A DNA stretch of 35,664 nt from Thermoanaerobaculia bacterium (GCA_044226625.1 JBGAGQ010000066.1:1-35664), one strand, 5' to 3'; positions 17,860 through 29,257 are shown, counted from the first letter of the stretch. The notes: generated by a model not told the origin, from the sequence alone. Made by a program: numbers and translations.

Positions 17860-18267
17860 CTAGCGCGCCTCTTGATTGCCCCAGATCAGGGCGTCGAGGC
17901 TCCACGGACCGCCCCCGTAGGCGGCCATGAACAGGAAAAGGAAGCAGAACAGGACGGCGGGCTCGCCGTGATTCTGGATCGGCCAGACTCCCTGCGGCGC
18001 ATGAAACTGCCAGTAGGCGACCGCCATCTCGCCGGAGACGATGAACGCTGCCGGCCGGGTGAAAAGGCCGAGCAGGATCAGCATTCCACCGATCAGCTCG
18101 AGCAGGCCGCCGATGCCGACCTGAGTCATCAGCTCCGCCGTGGCCCCGTTCGGTGGCATACCGCCGAACCAGCCGAAGATCTTCATGGCGCCGGCATGGA
18201 AAAAGAGCAAGCCCGAGACGACGCGGAGCAAGAAATAGGAGATCTGGATCGCGCGATTCCTGTCCAT
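17860..18267 (-). CDS. DoxX family membrane protein
   Basis: [33 protein letters not shown]...[27 protein letters not shown]. Confidence 0.92.
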   Translation of the reverse strand: MDRNRAIQISYFLLRVVSGLLFFHAGAMKIFGWFGGMPPNGATAELMTQVGIGGLLELIGGMLILLGLFTRPAAFIVSGEMAVAYWQFHAPQGVWPIQNHGEPAVLFCFLFLFMAAYGGGPWSLDALIWGNQEAR

Positions 18268-18382
18268 TGGCTCACCTCCCGAACGGCATGCCGCCCATTC
18301 GGCCTGCCGATCCGCCGTTCACTTCTCTCATCTTATGGGAAACCGAGGAGAGGCCTCGACGATCGGAAATCCTCATGGGTCG

Positions 18383-18391
18383 TGGTATCCT
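18383..18391 (+). promoter_or_regulatory. Candidate extended -10 element for typA
   Basis: TG-g-TATCCT about 190 nt upstream of the typA start. Confidence 0.4.
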
Positions 18392-18457
18392 CAGCGTGTG
18401 CGCCGCGATGCGGCGTTCCATCCGCCGGACCTTCCGCGCGACGGAGTCCGGGGCCGA

Positions 18458-18487
18458 ATCCAGGATCCCATCCAGGACAATCCAGGA
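18458..18487. repeat. Three ATCCAGGA direct repeats
   Basis: Exact copies at 18458, 18470 and 18480. Confidence 0.7.
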
Positions 18488-18582
18488 AAGATCGAGCCGG
18501 GCCGGGTCGTCTTCGAGGCGAGCGGGCCGTGCGTCGTTTCGGGAGGGCCGCAACGCGAGCTCTCTCTAGAGGGGGAGTCTCC

Positions 18583-20403
<1,821 letters not shown>

Positions 20404-20428
20404 GCGGGGGCAGCTCCGAGAGAGCTTC

Positions 20429-20491
20429 GTAGGGCGGAGCTTGCCTCCCAACTTGGCGTAGATCCCGGGCGGAGGCAAGCCCCGCCCCTGC
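20429..20491. repeat. Inverted pair of GTAG/GCAG-type REP-like palindromes
   Basis: GTAGGGCGGAGCTTGCCTCCC (20429-20449) and the reverse complement of 20467-20491, GCAGGGGCGGGGCTTGCCTCCGCCC. Confidence 0.65.
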
Positions 20492-20655
20492 ACCCTTCTC
20501 GGGCGTTGACCGGGCCGCTACGTTCGGCCGCGGGCTGTCACGATTCGGTCGGTCCTCGTTTATACTGCCACAGCATATTTTCGATGACGATCGAGCCGAC
20601 GGCCCGGCGCGGCCTCCGCCGCGGGAGGGGGGAGCCGGCGGCGAGGAGGCGATGG

Positions 20656-21993
20656 ATGCGCGCATCCGCTCGGATGGGTTGGGCCTGCTGGGCTCTCAGC
20701 TTACTTCTTCCTCTCTCGTTTGCTCACCCCGCGGAGGCGGTGCTCTGCGCCGCCGACGCGACGCCCGCGGCGACGCTGCTGTTGCCCTATTTCGAGGTCG
20801 ACCTCGACGATCCGGAAGGGATCGACACGCTGTTTTCGATCAATAACGCGTCGGCCGCCGCGACGCTCGCCCACGTGGTTCTCTGGAGCGACCTCTCGGT
20901 GCCGACGTTCGACTTCAACGTCTATCTGACCGGCTACGACGTTCAGACGATCAGCCTGCGCGAGATCTTCTCAGGCACGGCGCCGCGGACGGCTTCCTCG
21001 GGCCAAGACCCGGGCGACACGATCAGCCCGCGCGGCATCCTGTCGCAGGACCTCAATTTCCTGAGCTGCACGGGACAGCTGCCGCCGCCGCCGATTCCCG
21101 CGTCCTTCATCTCCCATCTCCGGGCGGCCCATACGGGCCAGTTCTCGCCGTTCTTGAACGGCTGCGCCGGCCTGGCCTATGGAGATGGAATCGCCCGCGG
21201 CTACGTGACGGTCGACACGGTGAACAACTGCACCCTGCGGTTCCCGGGCGACGCCGGCTATTTCGTCGCCGGGGGGACCGGCGACGCGACGAACCAGAAC
21301 GTCCTCTGGGGGGACTACTTCATGGTCTCTCGCGACGAGAATTCGGCCCAAGGGGACGATCTGGTTCACATCGAGGCCTCGGCGACAAATCCGGAAACCT
21401 CGACGCCGGGGCAGTACACGTTCTACGGGCGTTACGTGAACTGGACCGCCGCGGACAACCGCGAGCCACTGGCGACCAATTTCGCGGTTCGATACCAGAA
21501 TGGCGGATCTTTCAACGGCGGCACGGACCTGTTGGTCTGGCGCGATTCGAAGGTCGACCAGAACGCGTTCAAGTGCGGCACGCTCCCGAGCTGGTTCGCG
21601 ATGGGAGCGGAGATGGTCGTCCTGTTCGACGAGGAGGAGAACGCGACGGCGTTTGAGGTCCCGCCGTTTTCGCCTCAGCCGCCCTCGTTCGACATCATCC
21701 CGTTCCCGGGGGAGGCAACGCGCGTCCTGATGACCGACGCCGAGGTCCTCCAGCCTCCCTACTTCATCCTGCCGTCCGACGCCGACTTCGGCTGGCTCTA
21801 CACCAGTTTGAACACGACGGTCTTTCCCGCGGGGGCAAACCCGCCCGAAGATCCTGGGGCGGCGCAAGGTTGGATCTCCGTTTCGACCCGCGCGGGCGGT
21901 CGCTACAGCGTGGGCCACCCGGCGATCCAGCTGGACAGCGCCTGCGACGCAACCCACGTCACCCTGCTCGAAGGCGGCCCGGTCATCGAGTGA
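20656..21993 (+). CDS. Secreted 'PAATLLLPYFEVDL' family protein, copy 1 (most divergent)
   Basis: AGGAGG RBS before ATG 20656, signal peptide ending AEA, full-length homology to copies 2 and 3. Confidence 0.85.
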   Translation: MRASARMGWACWALSLLLPLSFAHPAEAVLCAADATPAATLLLPYFEVDLDDPEGIDTLFSINNASAAATLAHVVLWSDLSVPTFDFNVYLTGYDVQTISLREIFSGTAPRTASSGQDPGDTISPRGILSQDLNFLSCTGQLPPPPIPASFISHLRAAHTGQFSPFLNGCAGLAYGDGIARGYVTVDTVNNCTLRFPGDAGYFVAGGTGDATNQNVLWGDYFMVSRDENSAQGDDLVHIEASATNPETSTPGQYTFYGRYVNWTAADNREPLATNFAVRYQNGGSFNGGTDLLVWRDSKVDQNAFKCGTLPSWFAMGAEMVVLFDEEENATAFEVPPFSPQPPSFDIIPFPGEATRVLMTDAEVLQPPYFILPSDADFGWLYTSLNTTVFPAGANPPEDPGAAQGWISVSTRAGGRYSVGHPAIQLDSACDATHVTLLEGGPVIE

Positions 21994-22141
21994 AAAACGC
22001 GAACCGCGATCCGACGAGGCGAAGAACGGCGGCCGATTCGAGCCGGCGACAGGGAGATATACTCGAAGACGCATCTCTTGGAAGACCTGCTCACGGGGCG
22101 CGGCGCGGCCCCGCGGCTCCGTCCGACCTACCGGAGGCCCT

Positions 22142-23425
22142 ATGACCAAGTTCCGTCTCGCGGCGAGCGTTCTCGCCATCAGCCTGCTCGCCGGACCGGC
22201 GACGGCCCGCGCCACGATCTGCACGATCGACGACGTACCGGCGGCCACGCTGCTTCTGCCCTATTTCGAGGTCGACCTCGACAACCTCTGGGGCGTCAAC
22301 ACGCTGTTCTCGATCAACAACGCTTCGGCCTCGGCGGTGCTCGCCCACGTCGTGCTCTGGTCGGATCTGTCAGTGCCCACGTTCGACTTCAACATCTACC
22401 TCACGGGCTACGACGTCCAGACGATCAGCATCCGCGACATCTTCAGCGGCACGGTGCCGCGCACCGCGTCGGTGGGGCAGGACCCGGGAGACCTGATCAG
22501 CCACAAAGGGGCGTTTTCCCAGGACATCAACTTCGCGAGCTGCACGGGGCAGCTGCCGCCGCCGGCCGTGCCGACGTCCTTCGTGACCCATCTGCGTGCG
22601 TCGCACACGGGGCAGTTCTCGGCGATCCTGAACGGGTGCGCCGGGCGCAGTCTGGGAGACAACATCGCCCGCGGCTACGTCACGGTCGACACGGTGAACA
22701 ACTGCACGCTCCGCTTCCCGGGCGACGCCGGCTACTTCGCCTCGGGCGGCACGGGCGACGCGACGAACCAGAACGTCCTCTGGGGTGACTACTTCTACGT
22801 CTACGACCTCGCGAACTCGGCGCAAGGGGAGACGCTGGTCCACGTCGAGGCTTCGGCCACGAACCCCGAGACGTCGACGGCCGGTCAGTACACCTTCTAC
22901 GGCCGCTACGTGGGCTGGACCGCGGTCGACAACCGCGAGCCGCTGGCCACCAACTTCGCGGCCCGTTTCGTCAACGGCGGCGCGTTCGACGGCGGTACGG
23001 ATTACCTGGTCTGGCGCGACTCGAAGGTCGACCAGAACGCGTTCAAATGCGGCACCCTGCCCGCCTGGTATCCGCTCGGAGCCGAGCAGGTCGTGACGTT
23101 CGACGAGCTCGAGAATCCCGAGGTCGAGCAGGTTCCGCCCTTCTCGCCGCCTCCGCCCGGGAACTTCCTCTTCCCCTTCCCGGCCGAGGCGCAACGCACG
23201 GACGTGGATGGGGAGGACCTTCCGGTGTCGTTCGATTTCGGCTGGATCTTCCTCAACCTGAACACGACGGTCGCGCCGGCGGGGAGCAATCCGCCGGAAG
23301 ATCCGGCGGCCGCTCAGGCCTGGGTGACGGTGGTGATGGACGCTTCGGGACGGTTCAGCGTCGGGTTCGACGCGGTCCAGCTCGACTCGGCCTGCGCCGC
23401 CGACCATCGCCTGCTCGGCTTCTGA
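22142..23425 (+). CDS. Secreted 'PAATLLLPYFEVDL' family protein, copy 2
   Basis: GGAGG RBS, signal peptide ending ARA, mature N-terminus TICTIDDVPAATLLLPYFEVDLD. Confidence 0.9.
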   Translation: MTKFRLAASVLAISLLAGPATARATICTIDDVPAATLLLPYFEVDLDNLWGVNTLFSINNASASAVLAHVVLWSDLSVPTFDFNIYLTGYDVQTISIRDIFSGTVPRTASVGQDPGDLISHKGAFSQDINFASCTGQLPPPAVPTSFVTHLRASHTGQFSAILNGCAGRSLGDNIARGYVTVDTVNNCTLRFPGDAGYFASGGTGDATNQNVLWGDYFYVYDLANSAQGETLVHVEASATNPETSTAGQYTFYGRYVGWTAVDNREPLATNFAARFVNGGAFDGGTDYLVWRDSKVDQNAFKCGTLPAWYPLGAEQVVTFDELENPEVEQVPPFSPPPPGNFLFPFPAEAQRTDVDGEDLPVSFDFGWIFLNLNTTVAPAGSNPPEDPAAAQAWVTVVMDASGRFSVGFDAVQLDSACAADHRLLGF

Positions 23426-23446
23426 GCTCGACGATTGGCGGTGCCC

Positions 23447-23536
23447 TCCTCCCCCCGCAAGCGGGGGGAGGACCGCGGCGCCCCCTTCTCGTGGGGAAGC
23501 CCCCCTCCTAGCCTCCCCCCGCAAAGCGGGGGGAGG
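23447..23536. repeat. Two CCTCCCCCCGC-A(2-3)-GCGGGGGGAGG hairpins (REP-like intergenic element)
   Basis: Perfect stems at 23447-23472 and 23512-23536. Confidence 0.7.
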
Positions 23537-23594
23537 GACCGTTTCTAAGGTCGGACCGTGCCGGCGGAGCGAGGACGCTGCGCCCGCGAAGTAG

Positions 23595-23625
23595 AAGGGC
23601 GGCCCCATTCGGGACCGCCCTTTTT
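23595..23625 (+). terminator. Intrinsic terminator downstream of copy 2
   Basis: aagggcggcccc-attc-gggaccgccc-ttttt. Confidence 0.6.
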
Positions 23626-23671
23626 GGCGATGGTGCTCGTGAGGATCGAGGACCGATCGCTTCGGTTGAAC

Positions 23672-23697
23672 AAAGCCGGCGGGAGGTCCCGCCGGCT
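23672..23697 (-). terminator. Intrinsic terminator of the large protease gene
   Basis: Minus strand agccggcggga-c-ctcccgccggct-ttgtt, just after the stop at 23712. Confidence 0.6.
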
Positions 23698-23711
23698 CCT
23701 CCGGCATTCGA

Positions 23712-26700
23712 CTACTGGAAGAAGCCCGCCACGTCGAGGATCACGTGGGTCAATCCCGCCGACTCGTTGAAGATCGAGATCGACTGCGAGCTGTCGGCCG
23801 GCAGCGTCACGATCCCGTTGTTCGTCCGGGTCTGGCCCGCACCGAAGTTGATCGAGCTGGCGAGCGGCACCGAGACGTCCGAGGGGTAGACCCTGAGGTC
23901 GCCCGCCGCGCCGGGCGAGACCACCGTGAGGTTGATCGCGAGCGCCTTGGCGGTCGACGGAATGCCGCAGGTGCCGGCGGCGACGAACGCCCGGATCGCG
24001 CCCGGGGCGAGGACCGGACCGCCGAGGGGACCGTCGGAGTTGCGGGTGTCGAGCACCCGGCACGGAGTGAGCGTGTAGTAGTTGAAGGAGTTGGCCACTC
24101 CTGCGACGCAGCTCGTGGGCTGACCGGCGTTGGTGATGGTGACCGAGTCGATGAACCAACCGGTGGCGATCGTGTTGTCGTCATCCCCTTCACGCCACCG
24201 GATCCGCACCGTCTGGCCGGCGAACGAGCCGAGGTTGATCGACACCTGGGTCATCGCGCCGATCGTGCCGCCGCAGTAACCGCGCAAAGCGCCCATCGGG
24301 TTGCCGCTGTTGATCGTGCCGTTGAACAGGCCGGCGGTGAAGTTCGCGTCCGGCATGGTGTTCCAGGTCGCGCCGTCGGTCGAGATCTCGATCGTGCCAC
24401 CGTCCCAGCAGGTGGCGGAGCTGAACTCGAACGAGAAGGTGTGGAAGAAGCTCAGGGTGGTGTTCGCCTGAGCCTGGAACGACGGCGAGACGAGGACGCG
24501 CTGGGAGGGCGATCCCTGGCTCGCCGAGAACCAGGAATGCGTGGGCGTTTGCGATTGAGTCATCGAAAGCGCCCAATCGGTGGCGCCTTGGATCGCGGCG
24601 TGGGTCCAGCCGGGAAGGTCGAAGCCCCCCGCCGCCTCGAAAGTGTCGGTGAGGGTCGAGATCGGAATCGGGCCGGTGGGCGACGTGCTTCGGCGGACGA
24701 CGTTCGTGTCTTCGGCGCCGTTGGAGGCATCCTGCGCGCGGACGACATAGTAGTAGGTGGTGCCGAAGTTGAGCGGGCTGGTGTCGGAGTAGGAGGTACC
24801 GGAAACTCCAGCGGCCACGAGGTTCGCGCCGCTCGGCGTAAAGGTCGGGTTGGTCGAACGGTAGACGTTGTAGGTGACGGGGCCGGTGCAGTTCGGCGTG
24901 CCAGCGGCCCACGAGACCGTGAGGCCGCAGGTGGCCGTCGCGTTGTTGCTGACGCCGATGGCTCCGGAGAAGGTCGGCGCGTCGATACAGCTTCCGGTCG
25001 CAACCGCCTCCACGCAGGAGGTCGGTGGCGACTCGCAGTCGCCGGTCGTCTCGACGCCCGCGATCTTGTATGCGTAGGTGACGCCGCCCGAAACCGCGTT
25101 GTCCTGGTAGGACGTACCGATCACCCCGGTCGCCAGCGGGACGAAGCCGCTGTTCGAAGCGCAGGTGCCGCGTGCCCGGAAGACCTTGAAATGGGGCGCC
25201 GCCGGAACGCCGTTGGCCCAGGTCACCGTGATCTGGTTGAGCGCGGTGGCGGAAGCGGAACCGATCGACGGCAAGCCCGGCACGTTGCAGACCGGCACGG
25301 CGCTCACGCAGTTCGACGGCGGAGCGCCGCACGCCTCCGTACCCGCCGGGTGGGCGATGATCTGGTAGTTGTAATTGAAGCCGTTCGCGACGTTGGGATC
25401 GGTCAGGTTGAGCGCCGAGAGATCGTTGGCGATCTTGATGAATCCTGCGTTGCAACCGAGCTCGTTCTTGTAGACGTCATAGACGACGCCCGCGCCCGCC
25501 GAGGTCCACGACAGGTCCGCCGTCTTGCTCATCGGGGTGGTGATCGAAAGGGTGGGAGGGGTGGGGATGGTGCAGGCCGCGAACGTGGTGCTCGCCCCCG
25601 GATCGGAGGCGCAGGCGATGTCGTGTCGATTGAACGCCGCGAAGATCGCACCGCCGTGCGGCGTGCCGTTCGCCAGGTTGCCGTCGTCGTCGTCCGCCAC
25701 CCTGTACGTGCGGAACAGAGTACCCGCCGCGCAGCCGTCGGAGGTCCAGGTCGTGGGCGCGACGTTGCAGGTGAAGAAACTCGTCGTGGTTGCCCGGGTG
25801 AGGTACCAGAGCCGGTCGGAGATCGACCAGGCCCCTCCCGTGCCGGGGCTCGGCAGGTCGCGGTTCGCGAGGTCCCAGAGCGCCTGCGACGAGATATAGG
25901 ACTCGCAGTGCCCTTCGCGCTTCTTCGTCGTCGCGCCGAGCGAGATCGCGTTCGCGCCGCAGGGACCGACGTAGTTCGGGTTGAACGGGTTGGGCTGCGG
26001 GCAGGTGGTCTGGGTGAAGTTGGCGACCGTCGACGGAGTGTTGGCGGTGTGCTTTGCCCAGTCGATGTCGCGGACGCCGGTGCAGGCGGTGCATGCGTTG
26101 CCGTAGCCGGCGCAGTTTCCCCCGAGGAAACCGGAGCCGATGCAGGACAGGTGGGTGGCGAGCGACGCGGTCCAGTCGCCCACCGTCTCGCCGCTACCGT
26201 TCTCCGGCGGCGCGCCGGTGCCGTCGTTGCTGTCCAGCCCGTGACCGTATTCGTGAAGCGAGACGCCGGGCAGCTCGCCCGAGTTGTTGCAGCCACCGCC
26301 TGACTTGAAGAAGTTGAGCGTCGAGCCGTTCCAGTACGCGTTGCAGGTCTGGTTCAGGTTGACGTTGGTCGTGAGCTGGGCCGAAAGCCAGGCGACTCCC
26401 GGCAGCCAACCGCGGCCGACTTCCTTCACCCGGTTGACCCAATAGAACTGCGTGCGCGAGGAGCGGGTGTTGCCGGCGCCGCCGAAGCCTGGGGTCGAAC
26501 AGTCGCTCGCGGGGGAGGTGCCGAAGTCGAAGTCGCCGGCCCCGTCCGCGGCGAGAGAGATCGTGCCGCAGCTGTCGATCAGGCGGACGTACTGGCCCGC
26601 CATCGAGGAGGTGGTCGCTGCTCCGGTGAAGTTGTAGGCGCCGGCCGAGTTCGTGAAGCCGCCGGTCGAGAGGTTCGCGAACGGCATCGGCTTGCTCGTC

Positions 26701-27656
26701 TCGCCGAGCGACGGCTGGACCAGAACCACGCCTTCCTTGGCCTGCGCGTACTCGTTGACGTCGCCGAACTCGACGATGCGACCCGTGAGCGCGTCGACCC
26801 GGGCTCGCCAGGTACCGACCGTTCCCTTGCGCCGGAACGAGATCTCCCAGACCGGCAGCAGACCGTAGCCGTCACCCGCGCGGAAGCGCTCCGCCAGAGA
26901 GGTGTCGATCTTCGCCCGGGTCATCATCTTGAGCGAGCCCGAGTCGACCCATTCGTCCTTCGCGGTGAAGCCGCCGACGTAGGAGGCGACCGCTTGGAGC
27001 GCCTCCTCGCGGGAGAGGCGAGGGAAGGGAACCGTCACGCCTGGTGGGGGAACCCCCTCCGCACCGAACTGGACGAGGTTGCCGTGGTTGATCCGGAACA
27101 TCACCCGGGCGCCCTCGATCTTCCAGCCGCCGCGATAGACGTCGTAATCGACGTACCAGAGGTAGTCGGCCATCTGGCCCGAGCGCCCTTCGGAGAGCTT
27201 GAGATCCTTCTCGTCGATTCCCATCAAGGCGCCGACCTGGGGTAGAAAGCCTCGCGCGAGGCGATCCAGCGTCGCGAGATCGACCTCGCCGCTCGAGCCG
27301 ACGAACGAGGCGATGTCTCGGGGGGTGAGGTCGTTTCCGGTTCCGGGAATCCAAGGCCAACCGGAACCTTCCGCGAACTCGAGGTTTCCGCTGCGGCGAT
27401 CGACGTAAGCGACCCAGGTACCGCCCGCCTCGCTTTCGAACCGGCCCCAGGCGTCGACGAGGTTGGCGGCGATTCCGTTCGGTGCCTGCTCGAGAAGATC
27501 TACTGAAGGTGGAGGGCTGAAGGCTTCTGCCAGGGTCGCGAGGCGTGCCAACGGTCCGCCCTCACGAGTCTGCATCATCTGGCCGGTAGAGGAGCTGGCG
27601 AGCAAGGCGCCCAGGAAGACCGCAAGCCAGGTTCCCTTGACGATGTTTTGGTTCAT
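23712..27656 (-). CDS. Large secreted zinc metalloprotease (thermolysin/fungalysin-like) with propeptide, FN3-like repeats and C-terminal TPCRVLDTR domain
   Basis: Signal peptide, FTP/PepSY-like pro-region (VDALTGRIV), CNAYWNG, LHEYGHGLD, downstream GE...D, three W...Y/F.VY/FR/K FN3-like units, WDGGTIEISTDG...W domain, terminal TPCRVLDTR...HVILDVAGFF. Confidence 0.82.
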   Translation of the reverse strand: MNQNIVKGTWLAVFLGALLASSSTGQMMQTREGGPLARLATLAEAFSPPPSVDLLEQAPNGIAANLVDAWGRFESEAGGTWVAYVDRRSGNLEFAEGSGWPWIPGTGNDLTPRDIASFVGSSGEVDLATLDRLARGFLPQVGALMGIDEKDLKLSEGRSGQMADYLWYVDYDVYRGGWKIEGARVMFRINHGNLVQFGAEGVPPPGVTVPFPRLSREEALQAVASYVGGFTAKDEWVDSGSLKMMTRAKIDTSLAERFRAGDGYGLLPVWEISFRRKGTVGTWRARVDALTGRIVEFGDVNEYAQAKEGVVLVQPSLGETSKPMPFANLSTGGFTNSAGAYNFTGAATTSSMAGQYVRLIDSCGTISLAADGAGDFDFGTSPASDCSTPGFGGAGNTRSSRTQFYWVNRVKEVGRGWLPGVAWLSAQLTTNVNLNQTCNAYWNGSTLNFFKSGGGCNNSGELPGVSLHEYGHGLDSNDGTGAPPENGSGETVGDWTASLATHLSCIGSGFLGGNCAGYGNACTACTGVRDIDWAKHTANTPSTVANFTQTTCPQPNPFNPNYVGPCGANAISLGATTKKREGHCESYISSQALWDLANRDLPSPGTGGAWSISDRLWYLTRATTTSFFTCNVAPTTWTSDGCAAGTLFRTYRVADDDDGNLANGTPHGGAIFAAFNRHDIACASDPGASTTFAACTIPTPPTLSITTPMSKTADLSWTSAGAGVVYDVYKNELGCNAGFIKIANDLSALNLTDPNVANGFNYNYQIIAHPAGTEACGAPPSNCVSAVPVCNVPGLPSIGSASATALNQITVTWANGVPAAPHFKVFRARGTCASNSGFVPLATGVIGTSYQDNAVSGGVTYAYKIAGVETTGDCESPPTSCVEAVATGSCIDAPTFSGAIGVSNNATATCGLTVSWAAGTPNCTGPVTYNVYRSTNPTFTPSGANLVAAGVSGTSYSDTSPLNFGTTYYYVVRAQDASNGAEDTNVVRRSTSPTGPIPISTLTDTFEAAGGFDLPGWTHAAIQGATDWALSMTQSQTPTHSWFSASQGSPSQRVLVSPSFQAQANTTLSFFHTFSFEFSSATCWDGGTIEISTDGATWNTMPDANFTAGLFNGTINSGNPMGALRGYCGGTIGAMTQVSINLGSFAGQTVRIRWREGDDDNTIATGWFIDSVTITNAGQPTSCVAGVANSFNYYTLTPCRVLDTRNSDGPLGGPVLAPGAIRAFVAAGTCGIPSTAKALAINLTVVSPGAAGDLRVYPSDVSVPLASSINFGAGQTRTNNGIVTLPADSSQSISIFNESAGLTHVILDVAGFFQ

Positions 27657-27967
27657 GAACGTCCCCTATAGGTGCGATCCCGAGTTGTAACTGGGCCTTC
27701 TAACAGGTGGGTGGGTGGGAGTCAATCTCCGTTCATCCCACCGTTGGAGCTCGATGAAAAGCGCGAAGAATTCAAGGCCGTGCGAGCTTCGAAGGTCTTT
27801 CTCGCCCGCCCCGATCGTCCGTGCGATTCCTGGCCATCCAAGGCGCGAGGATCGGTTCGAGCGTGTGGTACGCTTCGCGCAATTCTCACGGACCTGGCGA
27901 TGAGGAACTTGCCGTAAGGGTTTCTGAGGGAACGACTGATCCCGAAAAGCGGGGAAGGAGTGTAAGG

Positions 27968-29257
27968 ATGAAAAAAGCTGCCGTATTGTGCCTGTGCCTG
28001 AGCCTCGCGGCGCTTCTCGTGCCCGTGGGCGCTCGAGCGACGATCTGCACCATCGACGACGTGCCGGCGGCGACCCTGCTGCTGCCGTACTTCGAGGTGG
28101 ATCTCGACAACCCGAACGGGATTAACACCCTGTTCTCGATCAACAACGCCTCGGCGACGGCGGTTCTCGCCCACGTCGTCCTCTGGTCGGACCTGTCGGT
28201 CCCGACCTTCGACTTCAACATCTATCTGACGGGCTATGACGTCCAGACCGTCAGCATCCGCGACATCTTCAACGGCACGGTGCCGCGCACCGCGTCGGAC
28301 GGCCAGGATCCGGCCGACACGATCAGTCCTCAGGGTCCGTTCTCGCAGGACATCAACTTCGCGAGCTGCACCGGCCAGCTGCCGCCGCCCGCGGTTCCGG
28401 CTTCGTTCGTGACCCACCTGCGCGCGTCGCACACGGGCCAGTTCTCGGCCATCCTCAACGGCTGCGCCGGCCGCGCCTTCGGCGACAACATCGCCCGTGG
28501 CTACATCACGGTCGACACGGTCAACAACTGCACCCTGCGCTTCCCGGGTGACGTCGGCTACTTCCTGTCCGGCGGCACCGGCGACGCGACGAACCAGAAC
28601 GTGCTGTGGGGCGACTACTTCTACGTCAACTCGGGCGAGAACTTCGCTCAGGGTGAGACGCTTGCCCACATCGAGGCTTCGGCCACGAATCCGGAGACCT
28701 CGGTCCCGGGTCAGTACACCTTCTACGGTCGTTACGTGAACTGGACGGCGGCGGACAACCGCGAGCCGCTCGCGACCAACTTCGCCGCTCGCTACATCAA
28801 CGGCGGTGCGTTCACCGGCGGTACGAACTACGTCGTGTGGCGCGATTCGAAGGTCGACCAGAACGCGTTCAAGTGCGGCACGCTTCCGGCGTGGTATCCG
28901 CTCGGCGAAGAGCAGATCGTGATCTTCGACGAGATGGAGAATCCGGAGCTTCAGCAGGTTCCGCCGTTCTCGCCGCCGCCTCCGGGCGACTTCCTGATTC
29001 CGTTCCCGGCCGAGGCTCAGCGCACGGACGTGGACGGTGAGGACTTCCCGGTGTCGTTCGACTTCGGCTGGATCTTCCTGAACCTGAACACGACGGTCGC
29101 CGCGGCGGGGAGCAATCCGCCGGAGGATCCGGCGGCCGCTCAGGCTTGGGTGACCGTGGTGATGGATGCTTCGGGCCGGTTCAGCGTCGGATTCGACGCC
29201 ATCCAGCTCGACAGCGCCTGCGCCGCGAATCACACGTTGCTCGGGGACGCGCCGTAG
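27968..29257 (+). CDS. Secreted 'PAATLLLPYFEVDL' family protein, copy 3
   Basis: GGAAGGAG RBS before ATG 27968 (MKKAAVL), signal peptide ending ARA, near-identical to copy 2, strong terminator. Confidence 0.9.
   Translation: MKKAAVLCLCLSLAALLVPVGARATICTIDDVPAATLLLPYFEVDLDNPNGINTLFSINNASATAVLAHVVLWSDLSVPTFDFNIYLTGYDVQTVSIRDIFNGTVPRTASDGQDPADTISPQGPFSQDINFASCTGQLPPPAVPASFVTHLRASHTGQFSAILNGCAGRAFGDNIARGYITVDTVNNCTLRFPGDVGYFLSGGTGDATNQNVLWGDYFYVNSGENFAQGETLAHIEASATNPETSVPGQYTFYGRYVNWTAADNREPLATNFAARYINGGAFTGGTNYVVWRDSKVDQNAFKCGTLPAWYPLGEEQIVIFDEMENPELQQVPPFSPPPPGDFLIPFPAEAQRTDVDGEDFPVSFDFGWIFLNLNTTVAAAGSNPPEDPAAAQAWVTVVMDASGRFSVGFDAIQLDSACAANHTLLGDAP

Noticed and set aside
17762-18487. Short repeat arrays as CRISPR or iterons
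   Set aside because: The units are 7-8 bp with no unique spacers, and there are no cas or rep genes.
17725-18582. Apparent 286-aa N-terminal extension of TypA
   Set aside because: It is antisense to doxX, and a good RBS + GTG at 18583 gives a normal TypA N-terminus.
21538-21584. Paralogue repeats as a diversity-generating retroelement TR/VR pair
   Set aside because: No reverse transcriptase in the window, and differences are mostly third-position, not adenine-specific.
20656-29257. Invertible promoter switch between the paralogues (sapA-style)
   Set aside because: All three copies are in direct orientation, so recombination would delete rather than invert, and no recombinase is present.
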